64,000 bases of DNA from the NCBI RefSeq assembly GCF_006345805.1, contig NC_042998.1, positions 151,714,001 to 151,778,000 of the forward strand. The letters run 5' to 3'. The position numbers and the translations under genes are program-made. Of the stretch, positions 1 through 12,309 are shown piece by piece; position 1 is the first letter of the stretch, and each line of letters starts with the position of its first letter. Below the pieces are notes generated by a model that did no database searches, had not been told where the DNA came from, and worked only from the letters and a program-made list of their open reading frames with translations. Source of the DNA: Octopus sinensis (taxonomy: Eukaryota).

Positions 1-39
1 AAATATATCTACGTGTGTGTGTGTTTTATGTCTGTATTT

Positions 40-190
40 GTTACGCACCGCCTCTTGACAGCCGGTGTTGGTTTGTTTTAGTTCCCGTAACTTAGCGGTT
101 CGGCAAAAGGATCCGATAGAATAAGCACTTAGCTCTACAAAAATAAGTACTGGGATCGATTCGTTAGACTAAAATTCTTCAAGGCGGAGT
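40..190 (+). mobile_element. 3' half of tRNA-derived CORE-type SINE
   Basis: Matches the SINE body at 17895-18075 and (reverse) 22823-23267, e.g. cccgtaacttagcggttcggcaaaag...gatagaataag. Confidence 0.7.
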
Positions 191-235
191 CTGATGAATG
201 AAACAAGGAAAAGGTGTGTGTGTGTGTGTGTGTGC

Positions 236-336
<101 letters not shown>

Positions 337-779
337 GATGTATACACACCATGTATTGGATTACTATGTACTCCGTTAGCGAAGTCCGGTAGATGGGTTT
401 TCTATGATAGCCACTCGATTCTATGAATCCATATATTATGCTACAAATTTATTCTGCTCTACTCATTAATTTCCCGTGCGCTTAAGCGGCTCACTCACAA
501 ATGATAGAGAAACTACATGTTGATGATCCCTAAAAAATATTCCTATTCCTCCATAGGATGAATACACTAAAATTCTCGTATATAAAATTAACTTTTTAAT
601 GCAACGGATGCAATGGAAGGCGTACCATTTTGAAAGTAAGACTATTTCAACAGATCTTCTCTGTAATGGGATTTTATGAAAGTAATTTAAATCTCAAAAA
701 AACCTTCCCTCCAATCATCTTCTGCAAGACTTTGAAAAAGTCCTACTGTACATCGTCCGTAAATTTAAATTTAAGAGAA

Positions 780-2170
780 TTATTTTCAGAAAGAAGAGTT
801 ACCTCTGCAAACTGAATGAACTGCTAAAAAAACTGCGGAATGCATTTGTGATCTTAATCCTAACTGATAAAACCGGAAGCCTCTCCGGTCTGGGCCTAAT
901 AACCTATAACAATCACGTCCCAAACGAACGTAAGAAGGGTTTTTAAATAGCACCAGATCCAGATCTAACGGGCAAAGACATATTGTTGTAAAATCCCTCA
1001 AATTAGATGACAGGTCCTCTCCTGACAAGAACTTTTTAAATCAGCCTAAACATAACTTGGTAAGTAAACCTTCTGTTAAATAATCTGCCCACCTAAGTCA
1101 GGTATTGGCAGGATACGTATTACAAATAGGATCATTCTTACACTGAAAAGGAAAATGTATCTTAACCTGTAGTGTAGCACTATAGAGATAATTAAATGGT
1201 TTCATAATATTAATGATAAGACAAGATAATATTAATGATAATGTTAAGTTTGTGCAATTTGATATTGATGGTTATTACATTTCCATCTCTTCCATACTTC
1301 GAAACATGACTCTCATCTTTGCTCAGAAGAACTCTAATTTAACTAAGAATAATATAGATATCATTCTAGCAGCCCACAAAATTATTTAATTTAATGATAA
1401 GTCTCTGACTAGAAAGAATCGGCAAAATAGTTTCGATATCACTATGGGATCTAACGATTCTCTGCAAGTCACTGATCTCGTGGGGATATACTTATTATTA
1501 TTGTATTAAATATGAAATTCATAATCTTGAAGGTGGTTCTTATAGGAACGATGCTTAACTCATTATACTTAATTCAATATTGACAATTTTAGAACTAAGA
1601 AAAACTAATAAGACACTTTGAGAATGTAGGTTTATCTATTACTTTTAATGACAACAGTAAAATAGTAAATTTCATAGACGTTACTCTCAATCATTTCCAT
1701 TAGCCAAATCAGTATCTAACTATGTTAGTTGTTTCTCGAATCATCCAAGAGCTGTCTTATATTCCATAGTAAATAGTGTATTCTCTCATGTATAATTGCT
1801 CTCTGCTAACAAGGTTATATTTGATCAAACGCTAGCTATTATATTGAGGCTCTAGCTGGGGCTAGTTATAAAGAGAAAATAGCATATCTCTCAAAATATA
1901 ATGACTACAATTACATTTATATAGTCTGACAATAATACCGTTGGTAAAATTAGTACGAATTGACCCGTAATAAGTCTAATATAACTGTGATATCCATAAC
2001 ACTTGCTCACAAAAATGACATAAACCAAATAAATACGCCTCCTTTGTAGGTAATAGTGAGGACATGTTATTAATAGCTGCTAGTATAATAGTAGGTGATA
2101 TCGAAATCAAAGAGCCAAATGTAATTAAAAACCAGAAAAAAGAAGCAAGATTATCTGACCGCTGAGAGAA
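780..2170 (+). mobile_element. Degenerate Penelope-like element, RT region
   Basis: Broken frames give PKSGIGRI (~1095), GGSYRNDA (YRDD-like, ~1535), KIVNFIDVTLN (~1660), SNHP (~1740) and KKRSKII (~2140), collinear with the PLE at 28.1 kb. Confidence 0.6.
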
Positions 2171-2269
2171 GGTTGAAAAGGGTGGCAGAAAGTTTGTAGC
2201 AGCACAATATCAAGTTTTGAAGACTAACTGGATTAACTAAGACAGACAAAAATCAGGTAGATTTCCAGT

Positions 2270-2680
2270 GTAAGTCATGTAAACCAAAGGAAGAAAGTGT
2301 TAGTCAATGTAGCTGGCACAGAAGGAATACAAGATAGCACATAACAACGCAAGGAGAATAATCTATTGGGAGTTATGTAAAACGCTAGGAATTGATCTGA
2401 TAAATGATATAAACCTAAACTTAATAAAGCGCTGAAATATGAGAAGTATAAGATGTAGAAGTTTATCACGTAGACTGTCAGAGTAATACAAGATAGAAGG
2501 TCTGATTTCGATAAAGAGAATATTAACTTTCTCATCATTTGAGACTTTAAAGTCCCAAATGATGAGAAAGTTAATATGAGAGGTGTAGAAAAAGCCCAAT
2601 AAAATACCAGGACCTAGCGATTGAATGACGAAGATTATGGCAAGTGCGAGTAAAATGTATCCCCGTAGCTATACCTAACC
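2270..2680 (+). mobile_element. Degenerate 3' fragment of RLE-type non-LTR retrotransposon
   Basis: CKSC..., EYK..HNN..RIIYWELCK, DFKVPND, KYQDLAIE.RRLWQVRVKCIPV: zinc knuckle plus restriction-like endonuclease tail; many stops. Confidence 0.65.
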
Positions 2681-3145
2681 TTACACTTAGTTACTACACC
2701 TATACAAATAAACAAATTCTCATAAATGTAGAAATATAATGCATCGCAACGTAGATAGATTATATACATATAAAACTTAAATGGAAGGTTACATAACAAA
2801 AATACAAACGGGAATCAAAAGATGGAAACTATGAGCAATAAAGCGGTCCTTCCACAAGCATAACAAACTAAATCGGAGTTTAATTACAGAAAACCGACTA
2901 TCAGTGACCGAACCAAGACTAAAGTAACTAAAATATTAATGCAAAAATAAAAAAGTGAAGAAGATTTTAAAGTTGGATTCTATAGGGCTGAACATATTAA
3001 AGATGATTGTAAACTAAGGAAATCATGAAACAACTTCATCTTCATCATCATCATCATCATCATCATCATAGTCACAAACTACCACGTCTATTCATCCGTC
3101 ATCCCAGGCACCATCTTGTATAGATATTTAAATCTATATGAATGA

Positions 3146-3372
3146 ATGTATGTATGTATGTATGTATGTATGTATGTATGTATGTATGTATGTATGTATG
3201 TATGTATGTATGTATGAATAGATAGATGTATGTCTGTGAGCGTTAGCTGACATATGAGGCAGAGGGAAAGAAAGCAGCAGAAATTAGAAACAATGAGAAC
3301 ATGGAAAAAATGATGAAGAAATATATAGACGTACAGGGAGAGACAGACTGACAGGTAGACAGGGAGACAGTC

Positions 3373-3463
<91 letters not shown>
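3146..3463. repeat. (TATG)n and (GATA)n microsatellites
   Basis: Pure tetranucleotide tracts at ~3146-3216 and ~3372-3463. Confidence 0.95.
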
Positions 3464-3464
<1 letters not shown>

Positions 3465-4716
3465 GAACAAAGAGAGGGGAGAGAAGGGAGTAGAGGATGT
3501 AGGGTGTAAAGTGATGGTGAGTCAGTGAGTGTAAAAACAGCGGAAACATATCGACTGGAGAAAATGTTGATCACACATCAGTGTTATGCAATAAATATAT
3601 GGCGACTGTTGTGACAGACCGTGAGTTATGATTGGTAGGCTGCCGGAAATACAGTCACTGATACAACTACACACACTGACGTCATATTAAACGAAGCACA
3701 TTCTGTACTACACACATACACACACACACACAGACACACACACACACACATTCACACACAAACACACCCACACACATATGAACACATAATTATGCATATA
3801 TGCACATATATACCCACACAGCTATATAATTATACATACATATAAAAAATATGCATGCATGTATATGCACACCTATATGAATATATACGCATTTACATGC
3901 ATACCCTTTGAAGGTGCACATAAAACGCACATTCTACACAGACTGTTCCTCATGGTATATAATGTGTATATACACATGTATACACACTTTAGCAGCTGAT
4001 AACTCACAGTATTTGCCGGCGTATAATGTGTGCTTTTTTTACATTTAAATATATTAAAACATTTCCCCGCGTCTAATGTAATCGTATTGCGGGTGAGGGA
4101 CCAAGTGTCATGGGAAAGGGAGCCGAATAAACATAGCTCTGTTTGGCACAATAATTGTTATTAAGAATAAAATATTGAAAATAAGTCAAATTATCACTGG
4201 CTGTTAACACAAACTTACGAAAAATTGCTCACAATATTTCAGCATTTTTGCGGAAATATTATTTAGACCATTATTTTATATATATATGATAGCGATCCAC
4301 TCGTGACCGAGGAAGATCATTGCTGACCTTCAGGAACATTGTACACTCTAGGATATAGGGAAAACAAAGCAGTACATATCGAGCAGATGTCAGCAATGCC
4401 TGTGCAGAGTTTTAGGTCCAATAAGGCTTGCACGACACCTCATAGACTCTGCCCACTCTATTGACATTATCCAGAGACAAGCTAGATCAAGATGTCTGGT
4501 GCCAATATGTCGAAAGGTTGGATGAACCTAGTGCAAGCTCAACAGCTATCTAGCAATAGCACGGGCACGCAGAAATTGCGGGATGATGTTCAGCATGCTG
4601 GAAGACCACTGGGAGGGAGGCACCCCTCAGCTTCTGTTGAAGCATGTCCCTAAGACATGGTCACTTTGATACAAAATCAGATATGCAGGGAATGGAATGG
4701 GACATTTGGGGGATCT

Positions 4717-4769
<53 letters not shown>

Positions 4770-4840
4770 CCTCGTGAAGACGACCTGCAATTTTTTTTCC
4801 TCTGTCCTCCCGTCTCGGGATCTTTCTTTCTTTCTCTTAT

Positions 4841-4875
4841 GTTTCCGACGAAGAGCTCCGCTCGAAACGTCATAC
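4841..4875 (+). ncRNA. Minimal hammerhead-like motif with variant core (CCGACGA)
   Basis: gttt-CCGACGA-a-gagc-tcc-gctc-GAAA-cg-TC-atac; helix I has one mismatch; a second copy lies at 36394-36428 (-). Confidence 0.45.
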
Positions 4876-4966
4876 CCTCCTTCTTCCATTTTCCTGAGCG
4901 CCTAATAATAATAATACTGTAATTGTTCCACGTGTTGTTGTTTTTTCTGTTTTGCCGTTTGGATTA

Positions 4967-5160
<194 letters not shown>

Positions 5161-5458
5161 TTATTATACTATGGCTGGTACCCTTTACTCGAACATACTG
5201 CGACGATTGATCGTGTCAAGCATTGAAGAGGATGTTGAAAGATGGGAGTTTTATTTCCAGCAAGATGGAGTGCCCTTACACTATCATAGAAATGTAGGAG
5301 CTACCTTGATGAAATTTTGCTCTATCTCGGGAGGTTCATTGTTCAAATATAAACATAAGCACTAGGGGTAAAAAGGTAAAGAAGAAAAGGAAAAAAAGAA
5401 AAAAAGGAAAAATGAAAAAGTAAACAAAGAAAATATAAAGGAAAAAAGAAAAGAAAAT

Positions 5459-7017
5459 TCATAGCGGCAATGTTCTTCTCAATACGTGTGATGTACCAGT
5501 TACGACAATCGTTCGCACTTCCTGTATGGCTGGTAAGCCAGGGATCATACTCAAATAATATTCTGTCCTTTTTTTTATCATTCTAGCTGCCCCTACAATC
5601 ATTGGTATTGCAACCGCCTTGAGATGCCACATCTTTTCGATTTTGGTCAGCAAATCTTTATATTTTCTGAGCATATCAAATTCTTTTGCCGAGATAGTAT
5701 GACCACAAAGTATGCTCATGTCACTCAATAAACACTTTATTAGTTTGGTCTTTCACAACAATATCTGGTTTATTAGATTTGATGGTTCTGTCTGTACATA
5801 GTGAAAAGTCCCAAAGAATCGTTATGTTTTCTCTCTCAATTGCAGCCTCAGGTTGGTGCTTGTACCATTTGCCAGCTATTTTTTGTTTTTTTTAAAGACT
5901 CCGCCGGTTACGACGACGAGGGTCCCAGCTGATACGATCAACGGAACAGCTTGCTCGTGAAATTAACGTGCAAATAGCTGAGCATTCCACAGACACGTGT
6001 ACCCTTAACGTAGTTCTCGGGGATAATCAGCGTGACACAGAGAGTGACAAGGCTGACCCTTTAAAATACAAGTACAACTCATTTTTGCCAGCTGAGTGGA
6101 CTGGAGCAACGTGAAATAAAGTGTCTTGCTCAAGGACACAACGCGTCGCCGGGAATCGAACTCACAACCTTACGATCATGAGCCGAATACCCTAACCACT
6201 AAGCCACGCGCCCTCACATTTTTTGTTTTATAATCCTGATATATTACTCAGTGTTGATATTTGCCAACTCTGTCATGTCCTGATTTATACTCTACAGGTG
6301 CTAAAACATTACAGTCAGAAATTAGATGGTCTACTGTTTCAATCTTATCGTTGCAGTATCAGCACTTTAGGTCTACTCCATTTTGCATCACATTGGCTTG
6401 GCAGTTCCGGGTCAGTAAGGTCTGATTTTCAGCAGCCAAGATAAAGCTTTCGCTCTCTGCCTTTAACCATGAGCTCCGTAGTCACTGAAGTGTGTGCTTC
6501 TGGTCTACATCAGCTTGTTTGTTACGGACCACATATTTGCCATGCAGAGGTTTTTGTTCCCATCCATCAGCCAATTGTTTTCACCTTCTTTGCAACAACA
6601 GTTGCCGCACTTCTATCATACTGTTCAACTTGGGTTTTATGCATGAGCTCACTAGCAAAATTTTTGCTCTCCTTCATAACAAAATGAAGCTTCTTACATC
6701 TCTTGTAGTTTTTAACGAGTTTTAGTATCCAGTCGTTTGATGTTTCAAGCTATTTGGCCAGTCCAATTGTGTTGGCTTCGTTAGAGATTTCAATTTGGAT
6801 CAAGCCTCGACCTCCTTGAGCTCTGTGAAGGTAATGCTAATCTTCGTTTGTCTCTGGATGGTGCATCGTATTGCAAGTCAGTAGTTTACGTATTTTCCTG
6901 TCAATTTTCCTTATTTCGCTGATATCTCAGTTCAATACATTGAAACTATAATAGCAACTGGAATTGCTAAGGAATTTATGGCTAACACCTTGTTACGGGC
7001 GTTTAATTTAGAACAAA
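5459..7017 (-). mobile_element. RLE-type LINE, 3' part (post-RT, CCHC knuckle, RLE endonuclease), pseudogenised and SINE-interrupted
   Basis: SKLNARNKVLAINSLAIP (~7010); C.YC...ETVDHLISDC and HDRVGKY (~6250-6350); WYKHQPE...ILWDFSLCTDRTIKSNKPDIVV (~5750-5875); KYKDLLTKIEKMWHLK...GTSHVLRRTL (5459-5728). Confidence 0.85.
5890..6217 (-). mobile_element. Full-length tRNA-derived SINE with 12-bp target-site duplication
   Basis: Minus strand has A box (tggcttagtggtt), B box (gagttcgattccc), CORE-like gtgtccttgagcaagacac and an A-rich tail; attttttgtttt is duplicated at 5878-5889 and 6218-6229. Confidence 0.9.
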
Positions 7018-7715
7018 CATGGGAAAACCAGAACAAGCATGGGAAGACATGAGGGTTCATAAGTGGAAATCCCCTAATAATAATAGGGTGCCACATTTCT
7101 GGTTCACATCGCTCCCGTGCACACAAAAAAAAGTTAGTTTAGTCATTCAATGAAATTATGAGAAATCTTAAGAAAATTCCTGATCAGTTAGCAAGAGGTA
7201 TTACTTACCTACTCCCGAAAAATAATAAAACCAAAACTATTGACCCATAACATGTCTATCTACCACGCACAAAATTTTAACACCCACCCTCGTGAAGAAA
7301 ACACAAATTTAGGGAACAGAACGATATTTTCCTCACTGAATAAAAAAGGTGCCGTTGAGGCTCATATGGATGCAAAGACCAACTCGTAATCAATCGCATG
7401 ATCCTTGAGAATTGTCAAAACAAGCACAGAAATCTCAGTTCCGCATGGATTGATTATAAAATTGCCTTTGACAGCAATCCGCTTTCATGGATCTTGAAAT
7501 CGCTGGATATCTTCAAAATTTCTCCTGTAATTTCAAACTTCCTGAAGCACGACATGCTATTGTGGAATACAAATCTCCAATTATACCATCTAATGGAGTA
7601 CCGACCCCAAACAATATTAATATTAACTGCGGCATTTTCCAAGGTGACTCACTTTCACCTTAAATTTTTTTGCATAGCCCTAATACCCCTTACAAGTGAA
7701 CCTGACTATTTTTGA
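7018..7715 (+). mobile_element. RLE-type LINE RT segment, inverted relative to adjacent 3' part
   Basis: HKWKSP, GITYLLPK, GSYGCKDQLVIN, AWIDYKIAFDS and CGIFQGDSLSP: RT subdomains up to 4 on the + strand. Confidence 0.85.
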
Positions 7716-7907
7716 ATTTATTTATTCCTGCGTTTTTACATTTTTCATTTTGAACCCGAAGAAGACAGACATACTATTGAAATATCCTTCAATTCACTAA
7801 ACAGAATCAATCCCTATTTATTACAAATCGTATCATGCTCTTCTTATTGTTAAAGTTAGAACATACTCGATTAATTAACAAGAATTTTATATTGAGGAGT
7901 GGTGACA

Positions 7908-7909
<2 letters not shown>

Positions 7910-7979
<70 letters not shown>

Positions 7980-7992
7980 TACAATAATAATA
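7910..7992. repeat. (AAT)n microsatellite
   Basis: Direct reading. Confidence 0.95.
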
Positions 7993-8042
7993 ACATAGAA
8001 AATACCTAAGGAATGAGAACCCAGGTTAGAAATTTCCCCAAG

Positions 8043-8086
8043 ACACCTGATGAAGGCAGAAGGGTATATCAGCTGAAACGTTGTGT
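8043..8086 (+). ncRNA. Minimal type I hammerhead ribozyme motif in PLE pseudo-LTR-like fragment
   Basis: acac-CTGATGA-a-ggc...gct-GAAA-cg-TT-gtgt; helix I acac/gtgt; helix III is the palindrome ACGT. Confidence 0.55.
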
Positions 8087-9047
8087 TAACAACAAACAAG
8101 ATGAGGGTGAATATCCATCAAATGTAAATAATGTAAATAATGAACGTAGTTTTACTTCTGCATCAACTCTTTTTAAACATCAAATTAAATATCCAGTGTA
8201 ATTCCTCTACGCTTCCTTTTCGCAAAACTGCTATCAGGTCTACTTGATTGCTCCTTTCCAGACATCTTAAATTGAAGGTAAATCCAACAGCAGCGGAGAT
8301 TACTTATTTGCAAGAAATATGTGGTTTTAAAAAATTGGCCCAGGAAAGAACTGACCTTTGAGGGCGGGAAATTGACTTATTCCTGTGGATGCAGTAATGA
8401 AAATTAGATGAAAATTTGAAGAATTGCGTGAGGGAATATACTAAATAATTACAATTAGCTGAATGGGCACCAGATTCTATAGGCAATTCGCCCTTGCACT
8501 TCTGACCTAATACATGGTTACATACACACACATTCATACCAAACACTCACAAACACACACTCCCATACATATACACACTCATGCACACAACATATGTTGG
8601 TGTACATGCTGATATCTGTCGTAACCAGTTGGATTCAAGAATTGATGGGTGGTTGTAGCGTAGATGTCAGTGATAGTGGGCGGGTATTTTTTGTGTTGTG
8701 ATGGCCATATTGTTCTTGCTAATCGTATTATTGTCACTGTTTAGTCGTAAATCAATCAAAATGTTTGAATCAAAGACATTTCATTCAACTTTTAAAATAC
8801 ACAAGGTCACCATATTGTATGCTTTTATTTTAAAGGATCTTCATACTACATTCAACATATTACTAATGTTTGTGGTTGTGTTCGTATTGATAAAAGAAAC
8901 ACATATGCATACATGCATCCATACACATTTATTTAAATATATATATTGGTAAAAACGGTAAGATAACAAAAGAAAGAAAGATACCTCAATATTATATAAA
9001 TAGACGAATTTATCTGTAAATATATGTGACAATTATTTGGTAGCCAA

Positions 9048-9108
9048 GATAAAACTCTGAGTTTCGGATGCCGAGGTGGAAATCCACACCACCATCTCTT
9101 CAGTTATC
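9048..9108 (-). ncRNA. Type I hammerhead motif (inverted pLTR copy)
   Basis: Reverse complement of the motif at 10816-10876. Confidence 0.6.
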
Positions 9109-9217
9109 CGGCCATCGGAAAAACGCTATGAAAAAAGACCGTTATACAAAGGGAAATTACTGTGTTATTGACCTCTATTTATACTAAAGCGCTATTCGAA
9201 TGACCGCTAATTAAGAT

Positions 9218-9960
9218 ATATAATAAGGCTCTAAAAGATAGTGGTTTTAGCGAAGAAATAACCTATACACCTCTCACTAGCCCAACAATAAAGAAGAAGA
9301 GAAATAGAAATAGGAAGATCATCTGGTTCACACCTCCCTACTCATCCGAGGTGACCTTCAATATGGGCAAATATTTCTTAACACTGATGGATAGACATTT
9401 TCCATTCAACCATACTTACAGGAAGCTCTTCAATAAACACAACTTAAAAATTAGTTTCAACTCAACTACCAATTTTAAAAATATAATCACACACAACACA
9501 GGAAAACCACAATACGAAAACAGCTGTTCATGCAGGAATAAAAAATTGTGCCCGCTAAATGGAGCTTGCATGTCCGAGACCATCATCTACGAAGCTATCG
9601 TGGACTCTATACCAACTAAAGACAGGGTTTCGACGAAGAAATACGTGGGCCTTACAGAGGGTAATTTCAAGGCCAGGTTTAAAAATCACACCTTGAACTT
9701 TCGGCACTGGGACAAAAGGAAGACGACAAGATTATCCAATCATATATGGTCATTAAAAGATAAAGGTGTCAGTTACAACATCCATTGGAAGATTTTAGCC
9801 AAATGTAAGCCCTACACCAACGGCAGCGGAAAGTGCGGTCTATGCGACATGGAAAGATGGCTTATCTGGAAAAACAGTTTAGACCCTGCTACATGTCTTA
9901 ACTCAAAGACAAAACTTTTCGGGTCATGCCCACATGTGACCAAATTTTTGGTCCCTCCAA
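9218..9960 (+). pseudogene. PLE C-terminus: RT thumb, Cys-rich linker and GIY-YIG endonuclease (RT core missing)
   Basis: Open frame: KIIWFTPPYS, SCSCRNKKLCPLNGAC, IIYEA...KYVGLTEGNFKARFKNH, LSNHIWSLK, KCGLCDMER (ORF 9351..10445; its tail is microsatellite). Confidence 0.9.
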
Positions 9961-10395
9961 AACTACAGATAGAACTTGCTTTCTATATTATGACCACGCA
10001 CAAGTTTTTTTTTTTCATCTCATTATACCTTTTACTTTTATTTTTTCATATATTTTTTTATATGTATATTATAGAGGATTTGGTTTACAGATATATATTT
10101 TTTACACATAATTTTTCTGCACACTACCATTTTTCCATGTGCGTATATAGACGTGTATATGGAATCATTTATACACACGTGTGGATGTGTATGTCGGTGC
10201 GGGTATGTATGTATATAGATATGTGTGTGCGTGTGCGCGGGCATACGAGTACATATATATATATATATATATATATAGACGTTATTACTCAGTGTTTTTA
10301 CAATTTTTCCTTTTTTTTTAGATGTATGTATAATCCTTTTTGTGCGTGCGTGTGTGTGTATGCGTATATAGACGTGTGCGGGTATGTGCATATAT

Positions 10396-10441
<46 letters not shown>

Positions 10442-10815
10442 ATAAGGGTATGTCCGTATATGAACGAGGTTTACTCTTTGTACACTTCCTTATGCCTTTT
10501 TTTGTATTGTTACCCTTAACCCTGTTTTTTTGTGCTTGTGCGTATGTATGAACTTTTACGTGTATGTGTGTGGGTTTGTATGTATATGCATATACATTTG
10601 GCGAAAGATGCGAGTGGAGATGTGTACGTGTTTCTAGTGATGTATGTGTAAGCATGTGGGTGTGCGAGCGCACATGTATACGTATGAATAGACGCGCTTA
10701 CGCCTTACCTTAATTAGCGGTCATTCGAATAGCGCTTTAGTATAAATAGAGGTCAATAACATAGTAATTTCCCTTTGTATAACGGTCTTTTTTCATAGCG
10801 TTTTTCCGATGGCCG

Positions 10816-10876
10816 GATAACTGAAGAGATGGTGGTGTGGATTTCCACCTCGGCATCCGAAACTCAGAGTTTTATC
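10816..10876 (+). ncRNA. Type I hammerhead motif in 3' pLTR
   Basis: gataa-CTGAAGA-gatg...catc-c-GAAA-ctcagag-TT-ttatc; helix I gataa/ttatc; helix II gatg/catc with an inner ggtgg/ccacc stem; helix III near-palindromic; triplet GUU. Confidence 0.65.
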
Positions 10877-11391
10877 TTGGCTACCGAATAATTGTCACAT
10901 ACTATATTTACTGATATATATATATATAAGTTTTTATCAAAGTAGTTTTATATTCTATTATTTTCACAGACAATAAATACAATATTAATTGTTATTGTCT
11001 GAGATTTTGGTGTAATTTGAGAGGAGAATACAAAAGTTATGGATGATTTAGTGATTTACTGCAAGACCCATGGCGGCCAAAATGATCAGAACGGCATTGT
11101 TTTCGTCAGAAAAGTAGATGTAATTTTTTATCAAAGTTGTTTTATATTCTATAATTTTCACAGACAATAAATACGATATTATTTGTTATTGCCTGAGATT
11201 TTGGTGTAATTTGAGAGCATAATGCAAAAGTTATGGACGATTTAGTGATTTACTGCAAAGCCCATGGCAGCCAAAATAATCAGAACGGTTGCTTTTACTC
11301 CGTGTTTTAGTATATTTAACCGGCGAACTCTAATGTTTTTAATTTGTTTACGTGACGGTTCGTTTACTAAACAATAGTAAGAATATTTGCA

Positions 11392-12300
11392 GTGTACTTT
11401 GTTAATATAATGCCACTTACTCCGTTACTAATTCGTCAGCAGATTATTAAGCTTCGAAGGAAGGATAATTTAAGTATTGGATCTATTGCAAAGATTGTTA
11501 ACAAGTCAAAAAGTGTTGTACACGGTATTCTTAAGGTCTACGATGATTGTGGTTCGTGTGAAGCAAGAAAGTTTAAAGGTAGGCCAAGAAAAACGACCAA
11601 GAGAGAAGATCGTGCTATGGTAAAGTTGGTTAAAAAGGACAGATTTAAAACTGCTGCTGCTGTTTCTCGGAAAATGAGCATTGTATTGAAGAAAACTTTA
11701 TCTCGAAAAACTGTGTCTCGTCGTTTAGTTGAACATGACCTAAGAGCACTTGCAGTGAAGCTCCAAGAATAAAAAGTGTCGTCTTACCTTTGCAACCGAA
11801 CATGTGTTGTGGTCTCAAGAAAAATGGTAAACGGTGCATTTCAGTGATGAATCTAAGTTTATGTTATTTGGCTCAGATGGGAAAAGGTACGTTCGTAGAA
11901 AAGTAGGTGAAAAATTGTCGCCTAAACGCCTTAAGACTAGTGTTAAATTCGGTGGAGGAAGTGTCATGGTTTGGGGGGGGGTGATATCTGGAGATGGTGT
12001 GGGCCCTTTGGTGCGATTACATGGAAAGGTAAATGCAGGAGTTTATAAACAACTTGTAAAAGATCATGTCTTGCCTGTGCTGAGAAATTCAACTAAGCGA
12101 CTACCCATATTCATGCAGGACAATGCCCCATGTCACAAGGCTAAGGTGGTCATGAACTCAAGGCTGAAAAGGTTATTGTTATGGATTGGCCTACTCAAAG
12201 CCCAGATCTCAATCCTATTGAAAATGTATGGAATATTCTAGGAGAACGTTCGAAAGCCAGAAATCCTAAAACAACTGAGCAATTATGGAATGCCCTTCAG
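11392..12300 (+). mobile_element. Tc1-like (DD34E) transposase pseudogene
   Basis: GRPRKTT; HFSDESKF, GGGSVMVWG, FMQDNAPCHKAK, and frameshifted WPTQSPDLNPIENVW; stops and frameshifts; TIRs not found. Confidence 0.9.
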
Positions 12301-12309
12301 TAAGACTGG

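Larger units (their letters stand above)
9011..10916 (+). mobile_element. 5'-truncated Penelope-like element with inverted pseudo-LTRs
   Basis: ~205-bp near-perfect inverted repeat (9011-9215 vs 10710-10916) brackets a GIY-YIG coding region, the inverted-pLTR layout known for PLEs. Confidence 0.9.

Noticed and set aside
4290-4640. GC-richer ~350-bp island, perhaps a LINE UTR or other repeat
   Set aside because: No ORF, motif or second copy in the window, so I cannot assign it.
6150-6217. tRNA-like A/B boxes here and at 21125, 23200, 35372, 40390 and 61679
   Set aside because: Each continues into a SINE body and lacks a complete cloverleaf; these are SINE heads, not tRNA genes.
8698-8952. 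ORF with a hydrophobic, signal-peptide-like start
   Set aside because: Short, AT-rich, ends in microsatellite, with no recognisable domain or splice support.
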